The notes beneath the pieces were generated by a model that saw nothing but the letters and a program-made list of their open reading frames with translations, had not been told where the DNA came from and did no database searches. Shown piece by piece: positions 52,096 through 63,573 of a DNA stretch of 64,000 nt; the first letter of the stretch is position 1; each line of letters opens with the position of its first letter. The stretch spans positions 15,678-79,677 of the forward strand of contig NZHE01000026.1 of the NCBI GenBank assembly GCA_002691145.1, written 5' to 3'. Source of the DNA: Rickettsiales bacterium (GTDB lineage Bacteria; Pseudomonadota; Alphaproteobacteria; Methylaequorales; Methylaequoraceae). A program made the translations under genes and the position numbers.

Positions 52096-53817
52096 CTACA
52101 TATTTTCAGGTGCATTTATTTTAAGTAAATTCAATCCTTTTTTTAAGGTTTGTTTTACTGCTAAAACTAAACCCAATCTAGATAAAGAGACTTCTTCATC
52201 ATCAAATACTAAAATCTTTTTCTTACAATCAATATTACCTAATGACCAATAATTGTGAAAATTCTTCGATAGGTCGTATAAATAGTTTGTGAGTTTTTGA
52301 GGTTCAAAATAATTTGCAGCTGACATTATAACTTTTTCATAAGAACAAATTATTTTTATTAAATTTAATTCTTCGAGCATAACTAAAAGACTAAAATCAT
52401 GGTTTTTAAAGGAATTTTTAAATTGAAATTCTTTTTTTGCCATTTCTTCGATAGAACAACATCTTGCAAAAGCATATTGCACATAAAAAACAGGATTTTC
52501 TTTTGTTTTTTTCTTAATTAAATCAAAATCAAATTCAATGATTTTATCAGAACTTCTTGATATCATCATAAATCTTAAAGCGTCTTTTCCAACCTCCTCA
52601 ATTACCTCTCTTAATGTTATATAAACACCAGCTCTTTTTGACATTTTTAACGATTTTTTATTTTTTATTAGTTTTACTAGTTCTGTTAATTTTATATGAA
52701 AATCAAAATCTCGACTTTTAATAACATTCATTGCATTTTTAAGTCTAGAAACGTAACCACTATGGTCAATTCCCCAAATATTTATTAAAATATCATATTG
52801 ATTGTTAATTTTTTCCTCATGATAAATTATATCTGACATAAAGTAGGTAAGTTCACCATTAGGTTTAATTAAGGCTCTATCCGACTCATCATTAATTTTT
52901 TTTGATTTAAATATTAATTGTTTTTTTTGTACCCAATCTTTGTTTTTTCTACCCTTTGGCGGTTCTTGGACTCCGAAATATACAAGATCTTTTTTTAATA
53001 ATTTATTTTTAATTTCCTCAACTTTTTTATTATTGGTCAATTCTTTTTCGGAAACAAACTTATCATGAATAATTTCAAGACATTTTAAATCCTTTTTTAT
53101 ATCAGAAAGAATTATTTCAACTGCTCTGTCCTTTATAAAATTATTTTCTTTGCTTTTTTCAATTTTTTTTTTTTTTAGTTCAAATTTTATAACATTTGCA
53201 ATATTTTTCAAATACTCTCCTGGGTAAAGTTCATCTAAAATAGTGTCTTTCAAAGCACCAAAAATATGAAATTTTATAGTTTCAGCTAAAACATTAATTT
53301 GATTACCTGCATCATTGACATAGTATTCTCTAGTCACATTATGACCACATTCTTCAAGTAATGATGAGATTGTATCACCTAAAACAGCGCCTCTTGCATG
53401 TCCAATATGCATAAGTCCTGTTGGATTTGCAGACACAAATTCTATATTAATATTTTTTATTTTTTTTAATTTTTTTTTAGGAGGATTTAGAAAGAAATAA
53501 GAAAGTTGAGATTGCCAAAATTTTTTTTTTAAAAAAAAATTTATAAATCCTGGTTTTTTAATCTCAATTTTTTCAAAAATAGAGTTTTCTCTCATTAATT
53601 CTAGAACACTGTCAGCTAGTTCTAAAGGACCAAATTTTGTGTATTTTGTATATACTAATGCAAAATTAGTTGAAATGTCTCCAAATTTCGCATTTGCTGG
53701 GATTTCAATACTAAAGTTTACATTCTCGGTTAAAACATGTTTTTTTAAAATATTTTTTTTGACCAAATCATTTTGAACATCCCTTAATAGATTTTGAAAT
53801 TGTTCATAAAAAAACAT
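52096..53817 (-). CDS. argS: arginyl-tRNA synthetase
   Basis: 573 aa; HIGH-region variant (PTGLMHIGHARG) and the C-terminal anticodon-binding DALR domain. Confidence 0.95.
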   Translation of the reverse strand: MFFYEQFQNLLRDVQNDLVKKNILKKHVLTENVNFSIEIPANAKFGDISTNFALVYTKYTKFGPLELADSVLELMRENSIFEKIEIKKPGFINFFLKKKFWQSQLSYFFLNPPKKKLKKIKNINIEFVSANPTGLMHIGHARGAVLGDTISSLLEECGHNVTREYYVNDAGNQINVLAETIKFHIFGALKDTILDELYPGEYLKNIANVIKFELKKKKIEKSKENNFIKDRAVEIILSDIKKDLKCLEIIHDKFVSEKELTNNKKVEEIKNKLLKKDLVYFGVQEPPKGRKNKDWVQKKQLIFKSKKINDESDRALIKPNGELTYFMSDIIYHEEKINNQYDILINIWGIDHSGYVSRLKNAMNVIKSRDFDFHIKLTELVKLIKNKKSLKMSKRAGVYITLREVIEEVGKDALRFMMISRSSDKIIEFDFDLIKKKTKENPVFYVQYAFARCCSIEEMAKKEFQFKNSFKNHDFSLLVMLEELNLIKIICSYEKVIMSAANYFEPQKLTNYLYDLSKNFHNYWSLGNIDCKKKILVFDDEEVSLSRLGLVLAVKQTLKKGLNLLKINAPENM

Positions 53818-53818
53818 A

Positions 53819-54961
53819 TTAAAAACTATATAGATTAAAAAATCGATTGTGAATTGTTATTGCTTTTTTATCAGTTAAACTAGAAATATAATTTGAAATG
53901 TTATCATGTAGATCACTTTTTTCATTAAATTCTCTCCAATCTTCGGGTAATAATTGTGGTTCATTTTCAAATAAATCAAACAGTTCTGATATTATTTTTT
54001 TAGCTTTAAATGTCATAGTTTTCACCGTTGCATGTTCATACATCTTTTTTTTTAAAAATAATCTTAACTCTTCCTCATTTTTTTGCATTTCCTCGCTAAA
54101 AGTTACAACTTTCTCTTTTATTTCCTTTATATCATTTGAGGATTGAGGTTTGTATTTACTTAACTTTAATTTTGTGCAAAACGCTAAGTCATTTAACATA
54201 TCTTTTATACATAAGCGAACTAATTCATGTTTAATCCTCGATTTATTTCTTTTTGCATTTTTAATGTTTATTTTTTTTAAATTATTTTTAATAATACTTA
54301 ATGTTTCAAGCTCTTCTAAATCAAATAACTTTGCATGTAATCCATCATCAATATCATTATTATTATAAGCAATATCATCAGCAACTGAAGCTATTTGACC
54401 CTCAATAGAAGAATTTAAATAAGTATCACCTTCAAACGATTTTAAAAGATTATCAATAAAATTAGGTAAAGTTTTCTTTTTTAATGGACCATTATGTTTC
54501 AAAATTCCATCTAATGTTTCCCATGTTAGATTTAATCCATCAAAATCAATGTATCTTTTCTCTAAAAATGTTAAAATTTTTATTGTTTGGAAATTATGAT
54601 TAAAACCGCCTCTCATCATTAACTTCTCATTCAAAGCCTCTTCACCGGCATGACCAAATGGAGTGTGTCCAAGATCATGAGCCAATGCAATGGCTTCCGA
54701 AAGGTCTTCATTAACTCGAAAAATTTTTGAAATAGACCTTGCTAATTGAGATACTTCAATACTGTGAGATAACCTTGTTCTGTAATAATCACCTTCATGG
54801 TATACAAAGACCTGTGTTTTATATTTTAGACGTCTGAAAGCTGTTGAGTGAATAATTCTATCTCTATCTCGCATGAAACAAGTTCTGTGGAGATCGTCAG
54901 CCTCTGGAAAAATTCTATAATTTGAATTTTTAGCTTTTGTTGCGATTATTGAGTAATTCAT
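53819..54961 (-). CDS. dgt: deoxyguanosinetriphosphate triphosphohydrolase-like protein (HD domain)
   Basis: 380 aa; HD-domain motifs RLSHSIEVSQLARSI and HDLGHTPFGHAGE. Confidence 0.8.
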   Translation of the reverse strand: MNYSIIATKAKNSNYRIFPEADDLHRTCFMRDRDRIIHSTAFRRLKYKTQVFVYHEGDYYRTRLSHSIEVSQLARSISKIFRVNEDLSEAIALAHDLGHTPFGHAGEEALNEKLMMRGGFNHNFQTIKILTFLEKRYIDFDGLNLTWETLDGILKHNGPLKKKTLPNFIDNLLKSFEGDTYLNSSIEGQIASVADDIAYNNNDIDDGLHAKLFDLEELETLSIIKNNLKKINIKNAKRNKSRIKHELVRLCIKDMLNDLAFCTKLKLSKYKPQSSNDIKEIKEKVVTFSEEMQKNEEELRLFLKKKMYEHATVKTMTFKAKKIISELFDLFENEPQLLPEDWREFNEKSDLHDNISNYISSLTDKKAITIHNRFFNLYSF

Positions 54962-55019
54962 ATATATATATTAATAATACAAAATTTAAAAATTAATATA
55001 ATATAATAAAACTTTAATT

Positions 55020-55343
55020 ATGATAACAATTACAAAAAATGCCGAAGAAAGAATTTCTCAAGTCCTTCTTAAAAAAAAATTAAAAAATAATTATTTTCGA
55101 ATATCTGTTGATGGAGGCGGCTGTCAGGGATTCTCATATAATTTCGTTTTTGACACAAAACTAAATAAAGAAGATCAGATAATTGAATTAAGCAGTATTA
55201 AAGTATTAATAGATAAAACATCTCTGAAATTAATTGATGGGTCTAAACTTGACTTCACAAACGATTTGATGGGTTCCTATTTTAAGATTGAAAATCCACA
55301 GGCATCTTCAACTTGCGGTTGCGGTACTTCATTTTCTGTTTAA
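55020..55343 (+). CDS. erpA: iron-sulfur cluster insertion protein (HesB/IscA/ErpA family)
   Basis: 107 aa; conserved Cys in GGGCQGFSY and the C-terminal CGCGTSF motif. Confidence 0.8.
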   Translation: MITITKNAEERISQVLLKKKLKNNYFRISVDGGGCQGFSYNFVFDTKLNKEDQIIELSSIKVLIDKTSLKLIDGSKLDFTNDLMGSYFKIENPQASSTCGCGTSFSV

Positions 55344-55353
55344 ATAATTTTTT

Positions 55354-56142
55354 ATGTTGTTGATAGCTTCCTGGAATATTAATTCAATAAGAATTAGATT
55401 AAATTCAATTTCTGATTGGATAGAAAAAAGATCCCCAGATATTATTTTATTTCAAGAGATAAAATGTCAAACAAATGAATTTCCATATACTTTTTTTATT
55501 GACAAAGGTTACGAAAACATTGTGGAAGGTCAAAAAGCAAGAAATGGTGTAGCAATTGTTATTAAAAAAGACTTACTAAAAAAGAAGGAACAGAAAATCA
55601 ATAATAAAATTAACTTTAATAATCAATCAAGGTTTATGTGCTATTATCTTCCTTTATTAGATATTTACCTATGTAATATTTATGTTCCTAATGGTAATCC
55701 AACCGACGATGTTAAAAAATATAATTATAAAGTAGATTTTTTTTTGGCATTAAAAAAATTTTTATATCCGTTTATAATTAACGAAAAGAAAATAATTATT
55801 GGAGGCGATTTTAATGTTATTGAGAATAAAAAAGATGTTAAAAATTTTGAACTTTGGAAAAATGATGCACTTGGCAAACTTCAGATAAGAAAGTCATTTA
55901 GAGAACTGATTTCTCTTGGTTATTTAAATGTTTGTCGTTTTTTTTTTAATCCTGGAGAAAAATACAGTTTTTGGGATTATCAAAAAATGGCATGGGAACA
56001 AAATAATGGTCTTTTGATAGACCATTTCTTAGTTTCCCCGAAAGTAATTGACAAAACAGTGAAATTTGGAATAGATAATGAAGTTAGAGGCTTACAAAGA
56101 CCCTCTGATCATGTTCCTATTTGGATGAATCTAAATATCTGA
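55354..56142 (+). CDS. xth: exodeoxyribonuclease III
   Basis: 262 aa; the [16 protein letters not shown]-terminus and the catalytic SDHVPIW C-terminus match ExoIII/APE1. Confidence 0.85.
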   Translation: MLLIASWNINSIRIRLNSISDWIEKRSPDIILFQEIKCQTNEFPYTFFIDKGYENIVEGQKARNGVAIVIKKDLLKKKEQKINNKINFNNQSRFMCYYLPLLDIYLCNIYVPNGNPTDDVKKYNYKVDFFLALKKFLYPFIINEKKIIIGGDFNVIENKKDVKNFELWKNDALGKLQIRKSFRELISLGYLNVCRFFFNPGEKYSFWDYQKMAWEQNNGLLIDHFLVSPKVIDKTVKFGIDNEVRGLQRPSDHVPIWMNLNI

Positions 56143-57855
56143 ATAAATTTTTGTTTCTTTTGTTGCTCCTGGATGTGTTACAGCTCCAAATCTAGCAGGA
56201 CCAACAGTTTGAGCATACTTCCACAAGGCCCCAGAATTAAAGTCATTGTTTTTATTTTTCCAATTTAACTTTCTTATTTTTAATTCATCCTTTGAAACTA
56301 ACAGACTTATTACCCCTTTAGTTGCATCAATTTCTATTATGTCACCATTTTCTATAAGAGCAATTGGGCCACCATCTGCAGCTTCTGGACCTACATGACC
56401 AATACAAAAACCCCTTGTAGCGCCTGAAAATCTTCCATCAGTAATCAAAGCAACTTTATCTCCTTTTCCTTGACCATATAAGGCTGCGGTTGTTGCTAAC
56501 ATCTCCCGCATACCTGGACCTCCTTTTGGTCCCTCATATCTAATAATAATAACATCGCCGTCATTATATTTTTCCTCTGAAACTGCTTTAAAAGCATCCT
56601 CTTCAGAGTTAAAACAAAGGGCTTTTCCCTTAAAAGTCAAAGATTTCATTCCGGCTACTTTCACAATGGCTCCATCTGGAGCTAGATTACCCCTCAAGCC
56701 AATTACTCCACCTGTTTTTGAGATAGGATTTTTGGTTGAATAAACAATTTTCTGACTAACAGTATTAAACTTAATTTTTTCAAGATTTTTGGAAATCGTG
56801 TCTCCAGTTATAGTTAAACAATCTCCATGAAGATATCCTCCCTCAAGTAATGCTTTCATAATAATAGGTACCCCTCCAATTTCATAAAGATCTTTAACTA
56901 AATAATTTCCACCAGGTTTAAGGTCTGCAATATATGGCGTTTGCTTAAAAATTTCAGCAATATCAAAAAGATCAAATTTTATTCCTATTTCATTTGCTAA
57001 TGCAGGTAAGTGAAGCGCAGCATTAGTTGAACCACCACTACAGGCAACAATTCTAGCGGCATTTTCTAATGATTTAATGTTAACAAGATCTCGAGGTTTG
57101 ATGTTATTATTAATTAAATTCATAACTGTTTCTCCTGCATGTAAACAAAAATTATGACGTGACTCATAGGGTGCAGGTACCGCTGTTGAATTTGGAAGAG
57201 CAATGCCCAATGCCTCTGCTACACACGCCATGGTATTAGCCGTAAATTGACCACCGCATGAACCAGCAGATGGACAAGCTACTTGCTCGAGTTCTGTAAG
57301 TTCATTCATAGTTATTTTTTTTGATGCATGTTCACCTACAGCTTCAAAAACATCTTGCACTGTAACATCTTTATTTTTGAATTTTCCAGGCAATATTGAA
57401 CCTCCATAAACAAAAACTGAAGGAATATTTAACCTTAACATAGACATCATAATACCCGGCAAAGATTTATCACATCCAGCCAAACCTACCAAACCATCAT
57501 AACAATGTCCTCGCATAGTTACTTCGATAGAATCAGCAATAATATCTCTTGATACTAAAGAAGATTTCATACCCTCATGCCCCATCGCTATTCCGTCAGT
57601 AACAGATATTGTTGTAAACTCTCTTGGAGTTCCTTTTTTATTTTTCACACCTTCTTTTACAGACTGAGCTTGTTTGGATAATGATATGTTGCATGGAGCA
57701 GATTCATTCCAACAAGAAGCAACTCCAACAAAAGGTTGTTTAATTTCTTTTTCAGTCATACCCATAGCGTAATAATATGATCTATGAGGAGCGGACTCCG
57801 GTCCAATGCTGACATGCCGACTTGGTAAATTTGACTTACTAACCATCAGTTTCAA
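56131..57855 (-). CDS. ilvD: dihydroxy-acid dehydratase
   Basis: 574 aa; IlvD/EDD-family motifs including CDKSLPG and SGGS. Confidence 0.95.
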   Translation of the reverse strand: MKLMVSKSNLPSRHVSIGPESAPHRSYYYAMGMTEKEIKQPFVGVASCWNESAPCNISLSKQAQSVKEGVKNKKGTPREFTTISVTDGIAMGHEGMKSSLVSRDIIADSIEVTMRGHCYDGLVGLAGCDKSLPGIMMSMLRLNIPSVFVYGGSILPGKFKNKDVTVQDVFEAVGEHASKKITMNELTELEQVACPSAGSCGGQFTANTMACVAEALGIALPNSTAVPAPYESRHNFCLHAGETVMNLINNNIKPRDLVNIKSLENAARIVACSGGSTNAALHLPALANEIGIKFDLFDIAEIFKQTPYIADLKPGGNYLVKDLYEIGGVPIIMKALLEGGYLHGDCLTITGDTISKNLEKIKFNTVSQKIVYSTKNPISKTGGVIGLRGNLAPDGAIVKVAGMKSLTFKGKALCFNSEEDAFKAVSEEKYNDGDVIIIRYEGPKGGPGMREMLATTAALYGQGKGDKVALITDGRFSGATRGFCIGHVGPEAADGGPIALIENGDIIEIDATKGVISLLVSKDELKIRKLNWKNKNNDFNSGALWKYAQTVGPARFGAVTHPGATKETKIYSDI

Positions 57856-58628
57856 ATAAAAGAATGAATAATAGTTCTGAATATATCTTTGTCGTATATA
57901 TATGCAAAGTGATTTCCGTTTTTAATACATTTTTTTTTATGGCCGCAAAGTTTTGATATTAAATTTCTATTTGCACTCTTTTCTCCATATAAATATAATG
58001 TGTTTTTAAAATAATTTTTAAAATAACCAAGCAGATAGTCTTTTTTAGACCAATTGTAAATATGTTTTGAATACATGTAAAAGTCGAATGCACTTATATT
58101 TTTAATATTTTTGCTCCAATTTCTTATAAAATAATCTTCTGAGAAAGTACATTTTTTTAGTAAATTGTTGAACCCAACTTCAGTGAAAAATTTCAAAGGA
58201 TAAGAGATAGTTTTTTTAGTAACTAAAGATGAGTCGGTTCCAATTAAATTTCCTTCAAAAATTAGAAATTTACAATTTTTATTTTTATTCCTCAAAAAAT
58301 TTTTATAAAGTAAAATAAAGATAATTGAGGACATTGAATGACAAAATATATTAAATTTATCAATACCTTTTATTTTTAAAAAACAATAAATCTTTTTAAC
58401 ATAATCTAGTAGATAATCATTCCTTAAATTACAAACAACTCCTTCATGTCCAGGATTTTTAAATAAAATGATATGTATTTTATTCAAACTAGTTAAAAAA
58501 GGAGCATAATCTTTTGAAACACAGCCTAAACCAGGTATAATCACTAATATTTTTTGGCTTTTATTTTTTTTACAATTTAATTTCTTATTGGAAACTATTG
58601 ATAAATCTCTAAATTTGAGTTTATACAT
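57852..58628 (-). CDS. alpha/beta-hydrolase fold protein
   Basis: 258 aa; nucleophile-elbow-like CHSMSS (GxSxG variant) after a beta-strand; HG oxyanion-like motif (PGHEG). Confidence 0.45.
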   Translation of the reverse strand: MYKLKFRDLSIVSNKKLNCKKNKSQKILVIIPGLGCVSKDYAPFLTSLNKIHIILFKNPGHEGVVCNLRNDYLLDYVKKIYCFLKIKGIDKFNIFCHSMSSIIFILLYKNFLRNKNKNCKFLIFEGNLIGTDSSLVTKKTISYPLKFFTEVGFNNLLKKCTFSEDYFIRNWSKNIKNISAFDFYMYSKHIYNWSKKDYLLGYFKNYFKNTLYLYGEKSANRNLISKLCGHKKKCIKNGNHFAYIYDKDIFRTIIHSFI

Positions 58629-61260
58629 TGTCTTTATAATTTTTTTCTAAAATATCTAAATTCTTTGTTGCATCTTCTAATTTTCTTATTTGTTCTTCAA
58701 CTATTTTTTTTGGTGCCTTTTTCAAAAAATTTTTATTTTTTAATTTATTATTAAAAAAGTCGATTTCTTTTTTCAAAAAAATAACTTTTTCTTTATAAAT
58801 TTTATCTGATAGATTTTTTTTAATATAAAATCCAAATTTTAGTTGAGCAGTAAAAAATAGCTTGAAATTTTCATTATTTTTAGTTTCAAAAACTAAATCT
58901 TTTACTTTAAAAATAGAATTAAATATTAAAAAGTTTTCGATTAAGAATTGGACATCTTTTTTATTATTGAAACAAAACATCTCTAAATTAGCAATTGTCT
59001 TAATTTTATTTTTCTCTAAAAAAGAGCGTAAATCTCTAATAAATAAAATAAGTTTTTCAATATTATTATATTTAATTTTATCAATATTTACTTTTTTTAA
59101 ATTATCAAATTTTTGATTATAAAGGTAATAAGGCTTTCCAAACTTTAAGTTTTTAAATATTTCTTCAGTTATAAATGGAATAAATGGATTACATAAAATC
59201 AAGATATTTCTAAATATCCAATTGAAAGTTTCATTTATTTCTTTGAAATTTTCATTCTCATTTAAGTATGGTTTTACAAATTCTATATAAAGATCACAAA
59301 AGTCTGTCCAAATAAATTGGTACAAATTTGTTGTAGCAAAATTAAACTGAAAATTTTTTATATTTTTTTGAACTTTTTTATTGAGCTTAAAGAATTTATC
59401 ATATATCCAATGGTTTATTGTAAGTTTTAATTTCTCTGGATAAAATTTTCCAGTGTATTGAAAATTATTAAGCTCGTAAAATCTAGCAATGTTCCAAATT
59501 TTTGTTAAAAAGTTTCTGCTATTTTCAACCAATTTATCAGATAATTTAATATCTCTTCCTTGTGTAGATAAATTAACCAATGTGAATCTGACAGCATCCG
59601 CCCCGTAAGTACGTATTAAATCTAAGGGATTTATTACATTCCCCTTAGATTTAGACATTTTTTTCCCGAATTTATCCTTTACTAGTGGATGTATGTAAAT
59701 ATGTTTAAAGGGGTTATCCTTTTTAAAATAAATTCCCATCATAATCATTCTAGCGACCCAAAAAAATATAATATCAAAACCTGTAACAAGAACATTTGAT
59801 GGATAATACTTTTCTAACTCATTTGTTTTTTCTGGCCAACCTAGAGTCGAGAAAGGCCATAAAGCAGACGAAAACCAGGTATCCAAAACATCTTCGTCTT
59901 GCTTTAATGTAAGATTTTTAGAACCATACTTTTTTTTTGCAATTTTTAATGCTGCTTCAAAATTTTCAGCAACAACAACATTACCATCATTAGTGTACCA
60001 AGCGGGAATTCTATGACCCCACCAAATTTGTCTTGAAATACACCATGGCTCAATATTTTCTATCCAATAATTAAAGGAATTAATCCAGTTTTTTGGATGA
60101 AAATTAATTTTATTATCCTTAATTAAATCTTTTATTGGAATACAAAGCTTTTTTGCATCGCAAAACCATTGCTCCGTAAGCAAAGGTTCAATCACTTCGC
60201 CAGATCTGTCCCCGACTGGTATATACATTTTATTTTCTTTTTCCCCTGATAATATTTTTAGAGATTGAAATTCTAATAAAATTTTTTTTCTAGCATCAAA
60301 TCTGTATAGTTTTTGATATTTAAGAGGCACATTCTCATTCATTGTAGCGTTTCGATCAAAAATATTTATTGGCTTTAAATTATGTTTTTTTCCTATTTTA
60401 AAATCATTAAAGTCATGAGCAGGTGTAATTTTAACTGCCCCACTACCTTTTTTTGGATCAGCGTATTCATCAGAAATTATCGGAATTTTTTTGTTAATTA
60501 TTGGTACAATAGCAAATTTTCCAATATATTTTTTTAGTTTTTTATTTTTAGGATGAATAGCGATTGCACTATCAGCGAAAATTGTTTCTGGTCTTGTTGT
60601 AGCAATCGTTACTATATCTTTAGAATCTGCTATTTTATAGTCAATAAACCACAATTTCCCCAAAACTTCTTTTTGGTTTACCTCTAGATCAGAAATTGCT
60701 GTTTGAAGTTTTGGATCCCAATTTACTAGCCTTTTATCCTTGTAAATAACGCCATCATTATACAACTTTTCAAAGACTTTATTTACCGCTTTTGATAAAC
60801 CTGAATCCATCGTGAAACGGGATCTTTCCCAATCAACCGCAGTACCCAATCTATTCATCTGATGGATAATTAAATCGCCTGAGACTTTTTTCCACTTCCA
60901 AATTTCATCAATAAATTTTTTTCTCCCAATTGTTTTTTTTTTTATTTTTTTTTTTTCCAATTCCTTTTCAACTATGATTTCAGTAGCAATCCCAGCATGA
61001 TCTGTTCCTGCTTGCCATAAGACATCGAAACCTAACTTTTTATAAAACCTGATTAAAATATCCTGTAAAGTAAAAGTTAGCGCATGCCCAATATGAAGAC
61101 TTCCAGTTATATTTGGTGGTGGCATCATGATTGTAAAACTCATAGTTTTTTTTTCATCAAGAAACTTAAAAACTTTTTTTGATTTCCAATTTTCTAAACA
61201 ATTTTTTTCAACTATTTCTGTATTAAATCTTTTTTCAATCATCTCACTCAATAATATCAA
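58621..61260 (-). CDS. valS: valyl-tRNA synthetase
   Basis: 879 aa; HIGH motif (PPPNITGSLHIGHAL), KMSKS motif, C-terminal coiled coil. Confidence 0.95.
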   Translation of the reverse strand: MILLSEMIEKRFNTEIVEKNCLENWKSKKVFKFLDEKKTMSFTIMMPPPNITGSLHIGHALTFTLQDILIRFYKKLGFDVLWQAGTDHAGIATEIIVEKELEKKKIKKKTIGRKKFIDEIWKWKKVSGDLIIHQMNRLGTAVDWERSRFTMDSGLSKAVNKVFEKLYNDGVIYKDKRLVNWDPKLQTAISDLEVNQKEVLGKLWFIDYKIADSKDIVTIATTRPETIFADSAIAIHPKNKKLKKYIGKFAIVPIINKKIPIISDEYADPKKGSGAVKITPAHDFNDFKIGKKHNLKPINIFDRNATMNENVPLKYQKLYRFDARKKILLEFQSLKILSGEKENKMYIPVGDRSGEVIEPLLTEQWFCDAKKLCIPIKDLIKDNKINFHPKNWINSFNYWIENIEPWCISRQIWWGHRIPAWYTNDGNVVVAENFEAALKIAKKKYGSKNLTLKQDEDVLDTWFSSALWPFSTLGWPEKTNELEKYYPSNVLVTGFDIIFFWVARMIMMGIYFKKDNPFKHIYIHPLVKDKFGKKMSKSKGNVINPLDLIRTYGADAVRFTLVNLSTQGRDIKLSDKLVENSRNFLTKIWNIARFYELNNFQYTGKFYPEKLKLTINHWIYDKFFKLNKKVQKNIKNFQFNFATTNLYQFIWTDFCDLYIEFVKPYLNENENFKEINETFNWIFRNILILCNPFIPFITEEIFKNLKFGKPYYLYNQKFDNLKKVNIDKIKYNNIEKLILFIRDLRSFLEKNKIKTIANLEMFCFNNKKDVQFLIENFLIFNSIFKVKDLVFETKNNENFKLFFTAQLKFGFYIKKNLSDKIYKEKVIFLKKEIDFFNNKLKNKNFLKKAPKKIVEEQIRKLEDATKNLDILEKNYKDNV

Positions 61261-62607
61261 GCCATTTAAATTTTACATCATTATAATTTTTAGTATCATC
61301 AAAATGTTTAACCGGTAGTCCTAAAAAAACAGAATTTAGTAATCCTTTATAAGATAATAGTGCAAAGTAAGCATTAAAATTTTGTTCATAACTCTTCACT
61401 AAATTAAATTCAGATTCAATCAACTCTTGTTCTGCATCCAAAATGTCTAAAATTGTTCTTTCACCTAACAAAAACTCCTGTCTTAAACCCTCCAGAAAAT
61501 TTTTATTAGCCTCGATCTGTTTTAAATTAGCTTGAACTTGTACTTCAGATGACTTGAATTCTGACCATGATAAGGTGGCGTTATATTTTAACTCATTCAT
61601 TTGAGAAAATTTTAATTCTTTTAGACCCAATAGCTCTTTTTTTACTTCTCTAATTTTAGATGATGCTAATCCAGATTGATATATTGGAAAATCTAACTTT
61701 GCAAATGCCGTCATAACCTCTCTAGAACTATCACTTTTAAAATAACCTTTACTTTTTCTAGCCTCTGCTTCAAAATTAACTGACGGAAGTTTGCTAGAGT
61801 ATAAACTGCTAATCTTTTTACTCACAGATTTTATTAAAAAATCTGTACTCTTTATCATTGGGTTGTTTTCTAAACAGTCTTTTATAAAATTATCAAGCTC
61901 ATCATTAATTTCTGGAAAATTAAAAAATAATTCAGGTCTTTTAGATTCTATGCCTACTGTTAGTTTGTATTTTGATTTCAATGAAAGCAACTCACTTTCA
62001 GACCTAATTAAGTTAGCTTCTGCTAGTAGTAATCTGGCTTGTGAAATTGAAACATCTGTTAATGTAATTTCACCAATATCAAATTGATCATTCGCTTGAT
62101 TAAATTGTTGTTTTAAAAATTCGACATTTTTCCTGTTTAATTCAATCTCAGATAGTTTTGATGCTAGTGATGAATAAATCTTTATTACTTCAAGAAATAC
62201 TTGTTGTTCAAAGTCTTGTAAATTATATCTTTGTGAAAAAATTTCAAATTTTGCGGCAGAAAGATTAAAAATAGATTTTCCTCCATTAAATATTGGCTGA
62301 GTAATTTTAATTCCTGCACTAGTTTCAGTTCTTACACCATCTGTTACGAAATTAGATCCAGACAAAGCAGTATCTACCTTTCCTTTCTCATAATATCCCT
62401 CAACTTTAGGTCTAAATTCAGAGAGTGCTTGCGGCATTAATTCATCCTTTTGAAAAAGTTTTTGTCTCTCGATTTTAAGTTTTGGATTAAAATCGTATGT
62501 GCTGCTAAGTGCATCCAATAATTCAAAGTTTAAAAAACTTTTTGCAAAAAGAGAACTATGTAGTAAGGATAAAAAATAAAGAACAAATATGTTAATTTTT
62601 AAACTCA
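61244..62607 (-). CDS. tolC: TolC-family outer membrane efflux protein
   Basis: The track ORF extends to 62716, but the signal peptide begins at the internal Met (MSLKINIFVLYFLSLLHSSLFA, ~62605-62607). Two-repeat TolC architecture. Confidence 0.8.
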
Positions 62608-63266
62608 TCTTGTATACCACGATTTTTAAATTCCTGAAGTAATTTGGCATTTGCATTAAATAAATGCCTAAAAGAAACAGTGCCGTCAATTTTAACACCA
62701 ACCATACACTCACCAATAACTGAAGATTTATTTTTAAAAATAGTGTATATCTTACCTCCCTCTTTCACTTGTTCTAAAACTTTATTCGATATTTTCTCCA
62801 CAGAACCTTCGATGATAACTGAATCGTATGGTGAATTTTTTTTTAGACCATCTGAAAGTTTTCCATAGTTAACAGAGCAATTATGACAAGCTATTTCGCT
62901 TAATGTTTTATTTGCTTGATTTACTAATTCATTGTTACTTTCAAGACCAAAAACATATCCGGCTAATTTAGAAATTATAGCTACAGAATAACCGGTTAAA
63001 CAACCAACTACCAAAATAGATTGATTTGCATTAAAATTACAAAATTCAAACAACTTGGCTAATAAAAAAGTTTTAATCATGCTTCTAGTTTCCGAAAAGG
63101 GAATCTCAGAATCGCTATAAACAATAGAAAGTTGTGATTTTGGTATAAATAATTCTTTTTGAACTGTTAAGAATGCTTCTATTAGAAATTCATTTTTAAC
63201 GTTATTAGTAATAATTTGGTTATGAACCATATTTTCTCTGGAAAGAGTGAAAAATTTATCGTACAT
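62592..63266 (-). CDS. protein-L-isoaspartate O-methyltransferase-like SAM methyltransferase (PCMT-like gene upstream of tolC, an arrangement I recall as common in alphaproteobacteria)
   Basis: 224 aa; SAM-binding VVGCLTGYSVAIISKLA motif. Confidence 0.55.
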   Translation of the reverse strand: MYDKFFTLSRENMVHNQIITNNVKNEFLIEAFLTVQKELFIPKSQLSIVYSDSEIPFSETRSMIKTFLLAKLFEFCNFNANQSILVVGCLTGYSVAIISKLAGYVFGLESNNELVNQANKTLSEIACHNCSVNYGKLSDGLKKNSPYDSVIIEGSVEKISNKVLEQVKEGGKIYTIFKNKSSVIGECMVGVKIDGTVSFRHLFNANAKLLQEFKNRGIQDEFKN

Positions 63267-63350
63267 ATTAAACTTAAAAATTAAAATTTTACTATATTGT
63301 TATATTTATTTTTTACAATACAAGGTTTATTAATCTTTTGTATCAATAAT

Positions 63351-63424
63351 GGTGCGGTGGCGGAGAGGCTACGCTGCGGCCTGCAAAGCCGTCTACACCG
63401 GTTCGAATCCGGTCCGCACCTCCA
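63351..63424 (+). tRNA. tRNA-Cys (anticodon GCA)
   Basis: GGTGCGGTGGCGGAGAGGCTACGCTGCGGCCTGCAAAGCCGTCTACACCGGTTCGAATCCGGTCCGCACCTCCA; anticodon loop CTGCAAA, cloverleaf with CCA end. Confidence 0.85.
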
Positions 63425-63476
63425 AAATATTAAATGTTTTTACAAATTAAAATTTTGATTTAATATAATTAAATTT

Positions 63477-63552
63477 TCCGGCGTAGCTCAGTTGGTAGAG
63501 CAAGCGACTGTTAATCGCTGGGTCACAGGTTCGAGTCCTGTCGCCGGAGCCA
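63477..63552 (+). tRNA. tRNA-Asn (anticodon GTT)
   Basis: TCCGGCGTAGCTCAGTTGGTAGAGCAAGCGACTGTTAATCGCTGGGTCACAGGTTCGAGTCCTGTCGCCGGAGCCA; anticodon loop CTGTTAA. Confidence 0.85.
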
Positions 63553-63573
63553 ATTAAAATGTAAAAATTAATT

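Noticed and set aside
62608-62716. Long N-terminal extension of the tolC ORF overlapping the PCMT-like gene by 125 nt
   Set aside because: The extension precedes an obvious signal peptide starting at an internal Met; the true start is most likely ~62607, which removes the overlap.
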